A stretch of 64,000 bases of DNA, taken from positions 25,251 through 89,250 of the forward strand of contig JAHITE010000007.1 in NCBI GenBank assembly GCA_018817585.1, in the 5' to 3' direction. Under the pieces are notes generated by a model that saw nothing but the letters and a program-made list of their open reading frames with translations, was not told the origin of the DNA and did no database searches. The position numbers and the translations under genes were made by a program. This document shows positions 1 through 12,454 of the stretch, piece by piece. The stretch comes from Candidatus Omnitrophota bacterium (lineage in GTDB: Bacteria; Omnitrophota; Gorgyraeia; B26-G9). Numbering within the stretch: position 1 is the stretch's first letter; each line of letters begins with the position of its first letter.

Positions 1-416
1 TGCCAGAAGGCGAAGTTTCTTTTGCTCCTTTTGATTGTAATGGACAATATATTGTTGATGTTTCTTTTCCCGGTTTAGGAATTTTAGACTCACCAATAAC
101 TTTTAAAGTGAAAAACGGCTTTGCTTATGAGATAACTGGCAAAGGAAGTGATCAGATAATTAAGCGTTTGAATTCAGTTGGTCCCAAAGCGTACAAAATC
201 GCGGAATTAGGCATAGGGCTTAATCCGAAGGCAAAAGTGAGAGGTCTTGTTTTAGAAGATGAAAAAGTTTGCGGAACAATTCATATTGCTTTGGGTAATA
301 ATATGTCATATGGGCAGGATAATGATGTGCCGTTGCATTTAGATGGAGTTATTAGTTTTCCGGATATTTACGCTGACGATAAATTAATTATGAAAAGTGG
401 CCAATTAACAAATTAG
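1..416 (+). CDS. M29-family aminopeptidase (aminopeptidase T/PepS-like), C-terminal part; 5' end lies outside the window
   Basis: The frame is open from nt 3 with no stop. The tail ELGIGLNPKA...LEDEKVCGTIHIALGNN...HLDGVI matches the conserved M29 C-terminus as I recall it. Confidence 0.55.
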   Translation, partial: PEGEVSFAPFDCNGQYIVDVSFPGLGILDSPITFKVKNGFAYEITGKGSDQIIKRLNSVGPKAYKIAELGIGLNPKAKVRGLVLEDEKVCGTIHIALGNNMSYGQDNDVPLHLDGVISFPDIYADDKLIMKSGQLTN

Positions 417-442
417 TTTTAGTTCAAGGATTATATAAATAA

Positions 443-709
443 ATGAACAGATTAGATGATAAAGGAAAAATCCAGTATCCATGTCTCTGGTTGTATAAAA
501 TTATTGGTGTAGATAGAGATAAAGTGGAAAATGCTTTGATGAAAATTCTTACCAATGATCAGGATAAGATAAAAATGAGTTTTTCAAATATTAGTAAAAA
601 GGGAAAGTATCTTGCTTTTAATGTAGAGCTAAAAGTTGAAAATGAGCAAGCAAGAGACTTGATTTACACAAAACTAAAAAAAAATCCGGATATTAAGGCG
701 GTACTTTGA
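443..709 (+). CDS. DUF493/YbeD-like small protein
   Basis: 88 aa with a YbeD-like pattern: YPC...KIIG, S.KG.Y near the middle, and a ...VL C-terminus. Confidence 0.45.
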   Translation: MNRLDDKGKIQYPCLWLYKIIGVDRDKVENALMKILTNDQDKIKMSFSNISKKGKYLAFNVELKVENEQARDLIYTKLKKNPDIKAVL

Positions 710-727
710 TTATCTTTGGAGTGAATA

Positions 728-1099
728 ATGGCTGAAAATGAAACTATCAAAAATTTATTTTCACAGATCCCTGATCGTATTCCTGAAGAAATTTTTAATA
801 CTCTTTTTGAAACTGATGGGTTGAAAATAGAAAGAATTATTTCTAATGGTCATTCTACGGCAAAAGATCAATGGCTTGAACAGAATAGAAGTGAATGGGT
901 ATTAGTTGTTCAGGGATCAGCTGAATTATTATTCCAAGAACCAGTCATGTCCGTTATGCTTAAAGCTGGGGATTATGTTTTGATTCCCGCGCATTGTAAA
1001 CATCGGGTCGCATGGACAGCTGCAAATCAAAAAACAGTTTGGCTGGCTGTTCATGGCCAGGAGATAAGAAAACAAACAGTTTATAAGGAGCAAATTTGA
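728..1099 (+). CDS. cupin-domain protein
   Basis: 123 aa with a cupin_2-like core (VLVVQGSAELLF...GDYVLIPAHCKHRV). Its stop overlaps the thiM start. Confidence 0.45.
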   Translation: MAENETIKNLFSQIPDRIPEEIFNTLFETDGLKIERIISNGHSTAKDQWLEQNRSEWVLVVQGSAELLFQEPVMSVMLKAGDYVLIPAHCKHRVAWTAANQKTVWLAVHGQEIRKQTVYKEQI

Positions 1100-1881
1100 A
1101 AATATCGAGTTTATTGGAAAAAGTCAGACAGCAAAAACCGCTGATACATCATATAACAAATTGGGTGACAATTTATGATTGTGCTAATATAGTTAAGGTT
1201 TTGGGCGCATCCCCGGTTATGGCGCATGCGCCTGAAGAAGCTGCGGAAATGACTGGTATTGCTGATGCTTTAGTATTAAATATCGGGACATTAACTAATG
1301 AGCTAATTAAGGTAATGATTATAGCGGCTATGCGCGCGAATAAAAAAAACATACCGATTGTCCTTGATGTTTGCGGAGCTGGTGCGACAAAATTTCGCGA
1401 TGAAAAAATAGTTGAATTGCTTGACCACGCAAAGATTAATATCATTAAAGGCAATGCTTCGGAAATTGCCCGGGTTGCGGGTATTGATGTTTGTACCAAA
1501 GGCGTGGATAGTACTGAAGTATATGCTGATTTGATTCTGGTTGCTCAGAATTTAGCAGTGCAAAGAGAATGTGTTGTGGTAGTAACAGGAGAAATTGATA
1601 TTATTGTCAGCAAAGACAAATGTTTTAAAGTAAAAAATGGTAATAAAATGATGAGTCAGGTTGTGGGTACTGGATGCATGGCTGCTTCTGTTATTGGGAC
1701 ATTTGCTGCTGTGGGTGATGATTTAGCTGAAGCTGCCTGCGCGGGACTGTGTGCTTATGAAATAGCGGCAGAACAAGCAGCAGCATTAGCGTCAGGGCCA
1801 GGTACATTTAAAGAGAGATTGTTTGATTGTTTATGCTGTCTGGATTCGGCTACAGTTGATGCCGCTCAAAGGGTTGAATAA
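1096..1881 (+). CDS. thiM: hydroxyethylthiazole kinase
   Basis: N-terminus LIHHITNWVTIYDCANIVKVLGASPVMA is typical ThiM. Followed immediately by thiE. Confidence 0.85.
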   Translation: MKISSLLEKVRQQKPLIHHITNWVTIYDCANIVKVLGASPVMAHAPEEAAEMTGIADALVLNIGTLTNELIKVMIIAAMRANKKNIPIVLDVCGAGATKFRDEKIVELLDHAKINIIKGNASEIARVAGIDVCTKGVDSTEVYADLILVAQNLAVQRECVVVVTGEIDIIVSKDKCFKVKNGNKMMSQVVGTGCMAASVIGTFAAVGDDLAEAACAGLCAYEIAAEQAAALASGPGTFKERLFDCLCCLDSATVDAAQRVE

Positions 1882-2481
1882 ATGCGGGGTTTTTATTTTA
1901 TTACAGATGACGCGCTGAGTGTTAATGGGACAATAAATGATGTAAAATCAGCGGTAAGCGCCGGAGTTGAGGTTGTTCAATATCGCTGTAAAAATCGATC
2001 TGTAAAATATATGTGCTGTCAGGCTATGGAATTAAGGCAAGCGGCTAAAGGGGCTTTATTCATAATTAATGACAGGGTTGACATTGCTTTGGCCGTGGAT
2101 GCAGCTGGGGTGCATTTAGGGCAAGATGATATGCCTTGTGATTTAGCAAGGAAAATCCTGGGACCTGATAAAATTATTGGGATTAGTATTCATAATGCAG
2201 ACCAAGCTCTTTTGGCGCAGAAACAAGGAGCAAGCTATATAGGTATCGGAGCGGTATTTGCCACTAATACGAAGTCTGAATCTGTGGCCTTGGGTATTGA
2301 GATAATTGCTCAGGCAGCAAAGCAGGTCTCGATACCGATTGTGGCAATTGGCGGTGTTAATTTAGAAAATGCTAAACAAATCATAGCTGCAGGCGCGAGT
2401 GCAGTCTGCGCAATATCTGCTGTGATAACTAAACAGGATGTTACTCTGGAAATTTTAAAATTTCAAAAATTATTTGAATGA
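1882..2481 (+). CDS. thiE: thiamine-phosphate synthase
   Basis: FYFITD...INDRVDIALAVDAAGVHLGQDD...IGISIHN...GIGAVFATNTK motifs of ThiE. Confidence 0.85.
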   Translation: MRGFYFITDDALSVNGTINDVKSAVSAGVEVVQYRCKNRSVKYMCCQAMELRQAAKGALFIINDRVDIALAVDAAGVHLGQDDMPCDLARKILGPDKIIGISIHNADQALLAQKQGASYIGIGAVFATNTKSESVALGIEIIAQAAKQVSIPIVAIGGVNLENAKQIIAAGASAVCAISAVITKQDVTLEILKFQKLFE

Positions 2482-3035
2482 AAAAACTATTAAATACTTC
2501 ACTTGATGAGATTGATTTCGCGGTTGTTGATTTAGAAACAACTGGTTTTTGTTCGCAGCGGGATTGTGTTATTGAAGTTGCTGCTGTAAAAATAAAAAGC
2601 GGTAATATAAAGGAGCATTATCAATCTTTGATCTATGCGGAATACATTCCTTATCAGGCAACCCGGGTTCATGGTATAGATTTACAGATGGTGGCAGATG
2701 CTCCATCTTTAAATACAGTGAGAAATGATTTTCGGGAATTTATTCAGGGATGTGTTTTGGTTGGGCATAATATTAAGTCATTTGATATGCCTTTTTTGTG
2801 CAATGCTTTTAATATTGAAGAAAATGCTTTTTGTGTTGATACTCTAAAACTATCTAGATTGTTGTTTGCCAAAGAGCGTACGCATAAATTATCAGTAGTA
2901 GCGCAAAGACTGGGTATAAAAAACGATAGATATCATCGGGCATTAGATGATACCTTGGTAACTGCAAATGTTTTTCTCGAGTTTTTAAAAATAGGCAACA
3001 GGCAGTTTAAAGTTTTAAAAGATATTATTGCCTGA
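2478..3035 (+). CDS. DnaQ-like 3'-5' exonuclease (DEDDh family)
   Basis: Exo I motif FAVVDLETTG, Exo II VGHNIKSFDMPFL, Exo III YHRALDD. 185 aa, overlapping the thiE stop. Confidence 0.7.
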   Translation: MKKLLNTSLDEIDFAVVDLETTGFCSQRDCVIEVAAVKIKSGNIKEHYQSLIYAEYIPYQATRVHGIDLQMVADAPSLNTVRNDFREFIQGCVLVGHNIKSFDMPFLCNAFNIEENAFCVDTLKLSRLLFAKERTHKLSVVAQRLGIKNDRYHRALDDTLVTANVFLEFLKIGNRQFKVLKDIIA

Positions 3036-3077
3036 TTAATAATAAAACATTATAATAAACTTTCAGGAGGAGAAAAT

Positions 3078-3500
3078 ATGAAAAAAGGATCAATAATAGT
3101 ATTTTTTATGGTTTTAATCAGTGGATTTTGCGGTTTTACGGTTCAGGGTAATGCTCAGCAAATAGATAAAGAAATAGCAAATAATCAGGTTGAGCAGGTA
3201 AAGTTAGAATTGGAAATTGTGAATAATGAAATATTAGATTTTGATTCAGCGAATGAAAATGAATACTTAGAATCGCAAGCCCAAGCGCAAAAAGATGCTG
3301 CGCTTGCTCAGCAGCAGTTAGATGTTGAAATAGAATCATTGCTGGAGCAGGTAAATCAAGATTCTGAACAACTTGGAGAAACTTTTTCAAAAGAAGCGCA
3401 AGAGAATACGCGGCAAATTAAGCAGGAAACTGTACAGCAGGTTGAAGAAATAGAAGTTCAGGCCCAAAAGGTAGAATCAGATAAATTAGATCAAGAGTAA
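3078..3500 (+). CDS. secreted Q/E-rich coiled-coil protein (hypothetical)
   Basis: Signal-peptide-like N-terminus, highly acidic Gln/Glu-rich low-complexity body, and a strong RBS (AGGAGGAG). Confidence 0.4.
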   Translation: MKKGSIIVFFMVLISGFCGFTVQGNAQQIDKEIANNQVEQVKLELEIVNNEILDFDSANENEYLESQAQAQKDAALAQQQLDVEIESLLEQVNQDSEQLGETFSKEAQENTRQIKQETVQQVEEIEVQAQKVESDKLDQE

Positions 3501-3521
3501 ACAAAGAGTATAATATTTAAA

Positions 3522-3740
3522 ATGGATAATAAACATAAAAAACAAGCGCAAAGAGAAGAAGAAAAAAAACAGTTTATCGTGCTGATTATCTTCTTAATTG
3601 TTTTGTTTTGTGGTTTATTGTTTATGAATAAACGGTTTCACCCGAGATTTGAACATAAACCTCCGGAGTTTGAGGAAGATGTAAAGACATATGATGGTTC
3701 TTTGCATCGGAATATATCGAATCCTTTTGGATCGGAGTAA
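3522..3740 (+). CDS. small single-TM membrane protein (hypothetical)
   Basis: 72 aa with a K/E-rich N-terminus followed by one hydrophobic helix. Confidence 0.3.
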   Translation: MDNKHKKQAQREEEKKQFIVLIIFLIVLFCGLLFMNKRFHPRFEHKPPEFEEDVKTYDGSLHRNISNPFGSE

Positions 3741-3799
3741 TATATTACTATTTAATTCTTGTTTTTCTGGTTTTTTTTGGGAAATGGGTTAAAAACGAT

Positions 3800-3830
3800 A
3801 AAAATGCTTAGTTTTTAAGCATTTTTATTG
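3800..3830. terminator. perfect 11-bp hairpin (AAAAATGCTTA / TAAGCATTTTT, loop GTTTT) flanked by an A-run and a T-run; likely bidirectional intrinsic terminator
   Basis: The two arms are exact reverse complements, followed by TTTTTATTGTTTT. Confidence 0.6.
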
Positions 3831-4012
3831 TTTTAAGGCCTAAAATATAAATTTTTTAAAAAAAAGCTTTATCGCAGAGATTAATTGTATTATAATTACT
3901 AACATTGTAAACCCTTCAAAACTCCTGTTTTATATTAAGGTTCTGTTTACTATATGTTAACAAATACCTTTAATATAATTAATTTAAAAATATAGAAATA
4001 TTCAATTTTTTT

Positions 4013-5125
4013 ATGAATGAGATAAATAGCGCGCATAAAAGCATAAAAGCGAAAATTGTTCTAGAAGATGGTAGAATTTTTCAAGGCTATTCTTTTGGCG
4101 CAACTGGTACTACCTTTGGTGAAGTTGTTTTTAATACGAGCATGTCTGGTTACCAGGAAATTCTTACTGATCCTTCATACAAAGGTCAAATTGTTACAAT
4201 GACCTATCCTCTTATCGGAAATTATGGTGTAAACAAACAAGATGTTGAATCGAGTAAACCTTTTGTTGAGGCTTTGATTGTTAAAGAATGTTCTCGGATT
4301 GCCAGTAATTGGCGCTCAAATGATACCTTAGCTTCATATCTTAAAAATAATAATATTATCGGTATAGAAGGCGTGGATACTCGTGCGATTACTCGTCACA
4401 TCCGGTTAAAAGGGGCTTTGAAAGCAGTTATATCCACAGAGGATTTAGACGATAAAAGCTTGCTTGAAAAGGTTACTGTGTCTTCTGGTCTTTTGGGTAT
4501 TGATTTGGTCAAAGAAGTTACTTGTGCTAAAGCCTATGCGTGGAATAATCAGGGAAAATATCATGTTGTTGTTCTTGATTGTGGCGTAAAATTAAATATC
4601 CTCCGCTCTCTGGCCTTAAACAACTGTAAGGTAACGGTTGTGCCGGCTCAGACAAGCGCGGAAGATATTTTAAAATTTAAACCAGACGGCTTAATGCTTT
4701 CCAATGGTCCTGGAGATCCGGAGCCGGTTACCTATGTAATTGAAACTGTAAGTAAATTGCTGGGTAAACTGCCGATTTTCGGAATATGCTTGGGGCAGCA
4801 GATGATTGGCTTGGCTTTGGGCGGTAAAACTTATAAACTTAAATTCGGTCATCATGGCGGTAATCAGCCTGTTAAGGATTTAAAAACAGGCAAAATTGAT
4901 ATTACTGTCCAGAATCATGGATTTTGTGTTGATATTGATTCGCTAAATAAAAATGATATTGAGATTACGCATATGAATCTTAATGATAAAACTCTAGAGG
5001 GGATCAAGCATAAAAAACTGTCAGTGTTTTCTGTTCAGTTTCATCCAGAAGCTTGTCCCGGTCCGCATGATTCAGCTTATTTATTTACAAATTTTGTAGA
5101 AATGATTAAAAACCATAAAAAATAA
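4013..5125 (+). CDS. carA: carbamoyl-phosphate synthase small subunit
   Basis: Conserved CarA N-domain followed by a glutamine amidotransferase domain ([20 protein letters not shown]). Confidence 0.9.
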   Translation: MNEINSAHKSIKAKIVLEDGRIFQGYSFGATGTTFGEVVFNTSMSGYQEILTDPSYKGQIVTMTYPLIGNYGVNKQDVESSKPFVEALIVKECSRIASNWRSNDTLASYLKNNNIIGIEGVDTRAITRHIRLKGALKAVISTEDLDDKSLLEKVTVSSGLLGIDLVKEVTCAKAYAWNNQGKYHVVVLDCGVKLNILRSLALNNCKVTVVPAQTSAEDILKFKPDGLMLSNGPGDPEPVTYVIETVSKLLGKLPIFGICLGQQMIGLALGGKTYKLKFGHHGGNQPVKDLKTGKIDITVQNHGFCVDIDSLNKNDIEITHMNLNDKTLEGIKHKKLSVFSVQFHPEACPGPHDSAYLFTNFVEMIKNHKK

Positions 5126-5135
5126 AAGAGTTATT

Positions 5136-8100
5136 ATGCCGAAAAGAACAGATATAAAAAAAATATTAATTATTGGTTCTGGTCCGATTATTATTGGACA
5201 AGCTTGTGAATTTGATTATTCCGGAACTCAGGCTTGCAAGGCATTGCGTGAGGAAGGGTTTGAAGTTGTTTTGATTAATTCCAATCCAGCTACAATAATG
5301 ACTGATCCGGAAATAGCAAATGCTACTTATATCGAGCCGATTACTCCGGAAGTATTGGAGAAAATCATTGCCAAGGAGCGTCCCGACGCGCTTTTACCTA
5401 CTTTAGGGGGGCAGACTGCGCTTAATACAGCAATGAAAGCTGCTGAAATGGGTATTTTAGAAAAGTATAATGTGCGGATGATCGGAGCTAATACAACGGT
5501 TATCCGAAAAGCAGAAGATAGAAAATATTTTAAAGAAGCAATGCTGAAAATTGGGCTTGATTTACCAAGAAGTGCTTTGGCTTATAACATGCCGGAAGCA
5601 ATGGAGGCTTTAAAACAAATCGGGTTGCCGCTGATTATCCGTCCCAGTTTTACCATGGGGGGGACTGGCGGAGGGATCGCGCAAACTGAGGAGGAATTTG
5701 AAAAAATTTGTCAGTTAGGTTTGCGCAATAGTATGATTAATGAGATCTTGGTTGAAGAGTCAATCTACGGCTGGAAAGAATACGAGCTGGAGGTAATGCG
5801 TGATTCTAAGGACAATGTGGTTATTATTTGTTCAATTGAAAATTTTGATCCAATGGGTATTCATACAGGAGATTCTATAACCGTAGCGCCCGCGCAGACT
5901 TTGACTGATCAGGAATATCAAAAAATGCGCGATGCGGCTTTGGCGATTATCCGGGAAATCGGAGTTGAAACCGGTGGATCGAATATTCAGTTTGCGGTGA
6001 ATCCTAAAGATGGCAGAATGATTGTTGTTGAAATGAATCCGCGTGTTTCCCGCAGTTCTGCTTTAGCCAGTAAAGCTACGGGCTTTCCGATTGCCAAGTT
6101 CGCGGCGAAGTTAGCAGTAGGGTTTACGCTGGATGAAATTCAGAATGATATAACCAAAGAAACTCCGGCTTCCTTTGAACCGACAGTTGACTATTGTGTT
6201 GTGAAAATTCCCCGGTTCACTTTTGAAAAATTTCCCGAAGCGCAGGATATTCTCGGGATATCTATGAAGTCAGTCGGTGAAACAATGGCCATTGGCAGAA
6301 CGTTTAAAGAAGCTTTGCAAAAAGGTTTAAGAGGCTTGGAAATTGGACATATTGGATTTGATAATAAAAATGATTTTCGAGAGATTGAACAGGAAAAGCT
6401 ATTGCACCGACTTAAAGAACCTAATGCTTCGCGGATCTTTTATATAAAATATGCTTTTCAGAAGGGGATGAGTTCTGAAGAGATTTGTAAATTAACTGAT
6501 ATTGATCCGTGGTTTATTGATAATTTAAAGCAGATTGTTGAATTAGAAGAAGAGATAAAAAATCAGGGGAAAGATATTTTTCATATTGACGCAGGATTGC
6601 TGCGCAAGGCAAAGGAATATGGATTTGGCGATGAGCAGCTGGCAAAACTTTTAAATACAGATGAAGTGACTGTACGCAATCAAAGGAAAAAACTCGGGAT
6701 TATAGTAACCTATAAATTAGTTGATACTTGCGGTGCGGAATTTGAAGCCTATACGCCTTATTATTATTCAACTTATGAGCAGGAAGATGAAACCCGTATT
6801 TCAAATAAGAAAAAAATTATGATCTTAGGCGGCGGTCCTAATCGAATCGGGCAGGGAATAGAATTTGATTATTGTTGCTGTCATGCCTCCTTTGCTTTAA
6901 AAGAGCTGGGATTTGAAACAATAATGGTTAATTCAAATCCAGAGACTGTTTCTACTGATTATGATACTTCGGACAAACTTTATTTTGAGCCATTGACATT
7001 TGAAGATGTAATGAATATTGTTGACAGAGAAAAACCAGATGGAATTATTGTCCAATTTGGTGGGCAAACTCCATTAAATTTGGCAAGAAAACTTAAGAAT
7101 GCCGGAGCCCCGATAATTGGAACTTCTGTAGAGTCAATTGATCGCGCTGAAGATAGGGACAAATTTTCGCAATTAATTAAAGAATTGGGGATTAATCAGC
7201 CGCCGAATGGATCAGCTACATCAAGAGATCAGGCAATCGCCATTGCCAAGGAAATTGGATATCCGATATTGGTTCGACCTTCATATGTTTTAGGTGGTAG
7301 AGCGATGAGGATTGTTTATAATGAAAAAGATTTAACAAAATTCATGATTGAAGAAGCTGAAGCAATTGATATCTCAAGTGAAAAACCGATTTTGATTGAT
7401 AAGTTTTTAGAAGACGCGGTTGAAGTTGATGTTGATGCTTTATCTGATGGGCATACTACGATTATTGGCGGGATCATGGAACATATCGAAGAAGCCGGAG
7501 TGCATTCTGGAGATTCTGCATGTGTGCTGCCTCCGCATACTTTAAGTGACAAGATTCTGGATATTATTAGACATAATACTAAGCTATTATCAAAAAAATT
7601 AGAAGTAAAAGGACTTTTAAATATACAATTCGCGATAAAAAATAGCATTGTTTATGTGCTTGAAGTTAATCCTCGGGCATCACGCACTGCTCCTTTTGTA
7701 AGCAAGGCAACAGGAATTCCTCTAGCAAAAATTGCCGCAAAAATAATGGCAGGCAAAACACTAGATCAGTTAGGAATAAAGGATGAGAAAAAAATAAAAC
7801 ATGTTGCGGTAAAAGAATCAGTATTGCCTTTTTCTCGATTCTCCGGAGTAGATATAATCCTTGGGCCGGAGATGAAATCAACAGGCGAAGTAATGGGCAT
7901 AGACAAAACTTTTGGGATTGCTTTTTATAAGTCACAATTGGCCGCTGGGTCAGTGCTTCCGACAAAAGGCAAGATATTTATTAGTGTTAAAGCCAATGAT
8001 AAAAAATCTATAGTAGCTGTTGGGAAGAAACTGGTTAATTTAGGTTTTGAGATTATTGCGACAAAAGGAACGTATAATGTTTTAAACTCAAACAATATTC

Positions 8101-8375
8101 AAGCTACGGTTATTGATAAGATCAGTGATAAGATTAGTGATAATAATGTGCTTGATTTAATTAGACAGGGACAAATTAAGCTGATTATAAATACCCCGAC
8201 TGGACATAAAAGCCAGTCAGATATGAAGTCGATAAGAAACGCGGCAGTAATGCACGGTATTTCATGTATAACAACTATACAGGGAGCGCAGGCTGCCGTA
8301 AATGGAATAGAGGCAATACTGGAAAAAGATTTTTCTGTTACATCAATTCAGGAATTCATCAAGAATTCAGGATAA
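5136..8375 (+). CDS. carB: carbamoyl-phosphate synthase large subunit
   Basis: 1079 aa with two ATP-grasp halves, an oligomerisation domain and an MGS-like C-terminus. Confidence 0.95.
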   Translation: MPKRTDIKKILIIGSGPIIIGQACEFDYSGTQACKALREEGFEVVLINSNPATIMTDPEIANATYIEPITPEVLEKIIAKERPDALLPTLGGQTALNTAMKAAEMGILEKYNVRMIGANTTVIRKAEDRKYFKEAMLKIGLDLPRSALAYNMPEAMEALKQIGLPLIIRPSFTMGGTGGGIAQTEEEFEKICQLGLRNSMINEILVEESIYGWKEYELEVMRDSKDNVVIICSIENFDPMGIHTGDSITVAPAQTLTDQEYQKMRDAALAIIREIGVETGGSNIQFAVNPKDGRMIVVEMNPRVSRSSALASKATGFPIAKFAAKLAVGFTLDEIQNDITKETPASFEPTVDYCVVKIPRFTFEKFPEAQDILGISMKSVGETMAIGRTFKEALQKGLRGLEIGHIGFDNKNDFREIEQEKLLHRLKEPNASRIFYIKYAFQKGMSSEEICKLTDIDPWFIDNLKQIVELEEEIKNQGKDIFHIDAGLLRKAKEYGFGDEQLAKLLNTDEVTVRNQRKKLGIIVTYKLVDTCGAEFEAYTPYYYSTYEQEDETRISNKKKIMILGGGPNRIGQGIEFDYCCCHASFALKELGFETIMVNSNPETVSTDYDTSDKLYFEPLTFEDVMNIVDREKPDGIIVQFGGQTPLNLARKLKNAGAPIIGTSVESIDRAEDRDKFSQLIKELGINQPPNGSATSRDQAIAIAKEIGYPILVRPSYVLGGRAMRIVYNEKDLTKFMIEEAEAIDISSEKPILIDKFLEDAVEVDVDALSDGHTTIIGGIMEHIEEAGVHSGDSACVLPPHTLSDKILDIIRHNTKLLSKKLEVKGLLNIQFAIKNSIVYVLEVNPRASRTAPFVSKATGIPLAKIAAKIMAGKTLDQLGIKDEKKIKHVAVKESVLPFSRFSGVDIILGPEMKSTGEVMGIDKTFGIAFYKSQLAAGSVLPTKGKIFISVKANDKKSIVAVGKKLVNLGFEIIATKGTYNVLNSNNIQATVIDKISDKISDNNVLDLIRQGQIKLIINTPTGHKSQSDMKSIRNAAVMHGISCITTIQGAQAAVNGIEAILEKDFSVTSIQEFIKNSG

Positions 8376-8385
8376 AGAGGCTAGT

Positions 8386-9762
8386 ATGTGTGGAATATTT
8401 GGTATTGCTGGACATAAAGAAGCGGCTCGTTTAACCTATTTAGGTTTGTACGCGCTGCAGCACCGCGGAGAAGAAAGTGCTGGTATTGTCAGTTATGATC
8501 TAGGCAGAATAAATGCTCATCAGGGAATGGGCTTGGTTGAAGACGTTTTTGATGAAAGCGCGATCCGTTCTTTAAAAGGTCCAATAGCTGTTGGTCATGT
8601 TCGCTATTCAACAACTGGATCAAGCCTGGAACGAAATATACAGCCGTTTCTTGTAAATCATAAAAAAGGACATATTGCGATCGCGCATAATGGTAATTTG
8701 ACTAATACCAGCCATTTGCGGGAAACATTAGAAGAGCAGGGATCTATATTTCAGACAACAATGGATTCAGAAGCAATTGTTCATTTTGTCGCGCAATCAA
8801 AGGATCGGGATTATCGTAAAAGAGTAATCCATTCTTTATCTAATTTAGAGGGAGCATACTCATTAGTTATGCTGCTTGATGATGTTTTAGTTGGTGCGCG
8901 TGATCCACATGGTTTTAGGCCTTTATGTTTAGGGAAATTAAACGGGGCTTATGTGCTGGCCAGTGAAACTTGTGCTTTAGATTTGATTCAGGCTGAATAT
9001 ATCCGCGAAATTGAACCAGGCGAGATTGTTTTTATTCGGGATAAAAAATTGGAATCAATGAAACCATTTCCTGAACAAAAACACGCGTTCTGTATTTTTG
9101 AATACATATATTTTGCCAGACCGGATAGTAATATTTTTGGTAAGAATGTTTATCTCACGAGAAAGCGTTTGGGGGAAGAGATGGCAAAAGAATCACCAGC
9201 TGAATGTGATTTGGTTATGCCCATCCCCGATTCAGGTAATTCCGCGGCATTAGGGTTTGCTAAAAAATCAAAAATTCCTTATGAAGTAGGGATGATTAGA
9301 AATCATTATGTCGGTAGAACCTTTATCCAGCCTTCTCAGTTTATAAGAGATTTTCGCGTAAAAGTAAAACTCAATCCAATTAAAGATGTAATAAAAGGTA
9401 AGCGGTTGGCAATTATCGAAGATTCTATTGTTCGCGGGACAACAAGTAGAGCAAGAATAAAGACTATTCGTGAATCCGGAGCAGAAAAAATGCATATGCG
9501 AATCAGTTGTCCTCCGATTAAAGCGCCGTGTTTTTATGGAATTGATTTTCCCACAAAAAAAGAATTAATCGCCGCTAATTATACGGTGAAAGAAATAGAA
9601 AAATTTATGGGCTTAGACAGCTTAAAATATTTAAGCCAAGAAGGTTTATTAAAAGCAATGCTTTTGCCAGCATGTGAATTTTGCACCGCGTGCTTTGATG
9701 GTAATTATCCGACTAAAATCCCTAAGAAATTTTCCAAAAAAATGCTGGAAAAAAAGCGTTAA
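8386..9762 (+). CDS. purF: amidophosphoribosyltransferase
   Basis: MCGIFGI N-terminal nucleophile, PRTase domain, and C-terminal Fe-S cysteines (CEFCTACFDG). Confidence 0.9.
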   Translation: MCGIFGIAGHKEAARLTYLGLYALQHRGEESAGIVSYDLGRINAHQGMGLVEDVFDESAIRSLKGPIAVGHVRYSTTGSSLERNIQPFLVNHKKGHIAIAHNGNLTNTSHLRETLEEQGSIFQTTMDSEAIVHFVAQSKDRDYRKRVIHSLSNLEGAYSLVMLLDDVLVGARDPHGFRPLCLGKLNGAYVLASETCALDLIQAEYIREIEPGEIVFIRDKKLESMKPFPEQKHAFCIFEYIYFARPDSNIFGKNVYLTRKRLGEEMAKESPAECDLVMPIPDSGNSAALGFAKKSKIPYEVGMIRNHYVGRTFIQPSQFIRDFRVKVKLNPIKDVIKGKRLAIIEDSIVRGTTSRARIKTIRESGAEKMHMRISCPPIKAPCFYGIDFPTKKELIAANYTVKEIEKFMGLDSLKYLSQEGLLKAMLLPACEFCTACFDGNYPTKIPKKFSKKMLEKKR

Positions 9763-9906
9763 ACAGAATAGTTTATTTAGAAATTCTCAAAAGTGATGAC
9801 TTGTGGTAGGCTAATAGTAGCGCATAAATAAAGTGGATAGTGATATATTAAAGCAGATGAGTATAGTTAAATAAGCTTTTTGTGTAGTATCTTAAGAAAC
9901 GAGTAA

Positions 9907-11508
<1,602 letters not shown>

Positions 11509-11512
11509 TAAT

Positions 11513-12211
11513 ATGGTAAAGTCAGAAAAATTATATATTAATGCTTTGAGTGAAATTAGCAAAGCAATCACAAGCGATCTTTATCTTGAAGACATGTTAA
11601 AGCTTATTGTAACTGTAACCGCGAATGTTATGCATACGAAAATTTGCGCACTTTGGCTTTTAGATGAAAAGAAACAAACTTTAAAAATTAAAGCCACTCA
11701 AGCCTTGAGCAGTGAATATTTAAAAGAAAGAAGTATAAATATCGGGGAAGGTGTAGTGGGAATGGTCGCGAAAACTAAGCAATCGATTATCATTGCCGAT
11801 GTTCTTCTGGATCCGCAGTACAAAGAAAAAAAACTAGCAAAAAAAGAAAAGCTTGTTTCAATGCTTAGCGTTCCGATGATGGTTAAGCAAAAAGTGATAG
11901 GTGTTATTAATTGTTATACTACAAAAAAATATGATTTTGAAAAAAGCGATGTGGAAGTTTTAATTACTGTGGCTAATCAGGCTGCTGTTGCAATCGAAAA
12001 TACAGAGCTGCTAGTTAAGACTAGAGTTATTCAGGAAGAGTTAGAGACTAGAAAAAAAGTTGAAAAAGCAAAAGGAATATTGATGAAGGAACAGAAGGTT
12101 GATGAGGATGAAGCTTATAATCTGCTAAGAAAATCAAGTATGTCTAAACGCATGTCTATGAAAGATATCGCTGAAGCAATTATTCTTTCCTTTGAGATCA
12201 AAAGGGGGTAA
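11513..12211 (+). CDS. GAF-ANTAR RNA-binding antiterminator-like regulator
   Basis: GAF-like N-domain plus a C-terminal ANTAR signature (EKAKGILMKEQKVDEDEAYNLLRKSSMSKRMSMKDIAEAII). I prefer the ATG at 11513 (RBS AGGTGA) over the track start at 11483, which overlaps pyrG. Confidence 0.7.
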   Translation: MVKSEKLYINALSEISKAITSDLYLEDMLKLIVTVTANVMHTKICALWLLDEKKQTLKIKATQALSSEYLKERSINIGEGVVGMVAKTKQSIIIADVLLDPQYKEKKLAKKEKLVSMLSVPMMVKQKVIGVINCYTTKKYDFEKSDVEVLITVANQAAVAIENTELLVKTRVIQEELETRKKVEKAKGILMKEQKVDEDEAYNLLRKSSMSKRMSMKDIAEAIILSFEIKRG

Positions 12212-12454
12212 TTAAAAACTGAAAATATTTAAAAAAACGATAAAGAAAGTTCTGGTGAAAAAATTTTTAAAAAGTTTTTTCATTTTTTTTCATTTTTTTC
12301 TTGAAATTAGTATTTATAATGTTGTATATTATAAATTGTAGATACAATATATAGTACAAACATATATTGTGCTTAAAGTGAAGGACATACCAAGATATTG
12401 TGTAGGGGCAAACTTTTAGTGTAAAATATTACTGAAAGAAAGGGGGTGAATATT

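Noticed and set aside
417-1095. TPP riboswitch expected upstream of thiM-thiE
   Set aside because: thiM follows the cupin gene with overlapping stop and start. There is no CUGAGA...ACCUGAUCUGGAUAAUGCCAGCG-like element in the short upstream gaps. If a riboswitch exists, it lies outside the window.
6980-7965. Minus-strand ORFs of 60-110 aa inside carB (6980-7162, 7316-7648, 7666-7965), and similar antisense ORFs inside thiM, pyrG, NMO (26902-27465, 187 aa), dnaK, uvrA and others
   Set aside because: They lie wholly within strongly conserved genes on the opposite strand, lack RBS, and have low-complexity compositions. They are antisense frame artefacts in AT-rich DNA.
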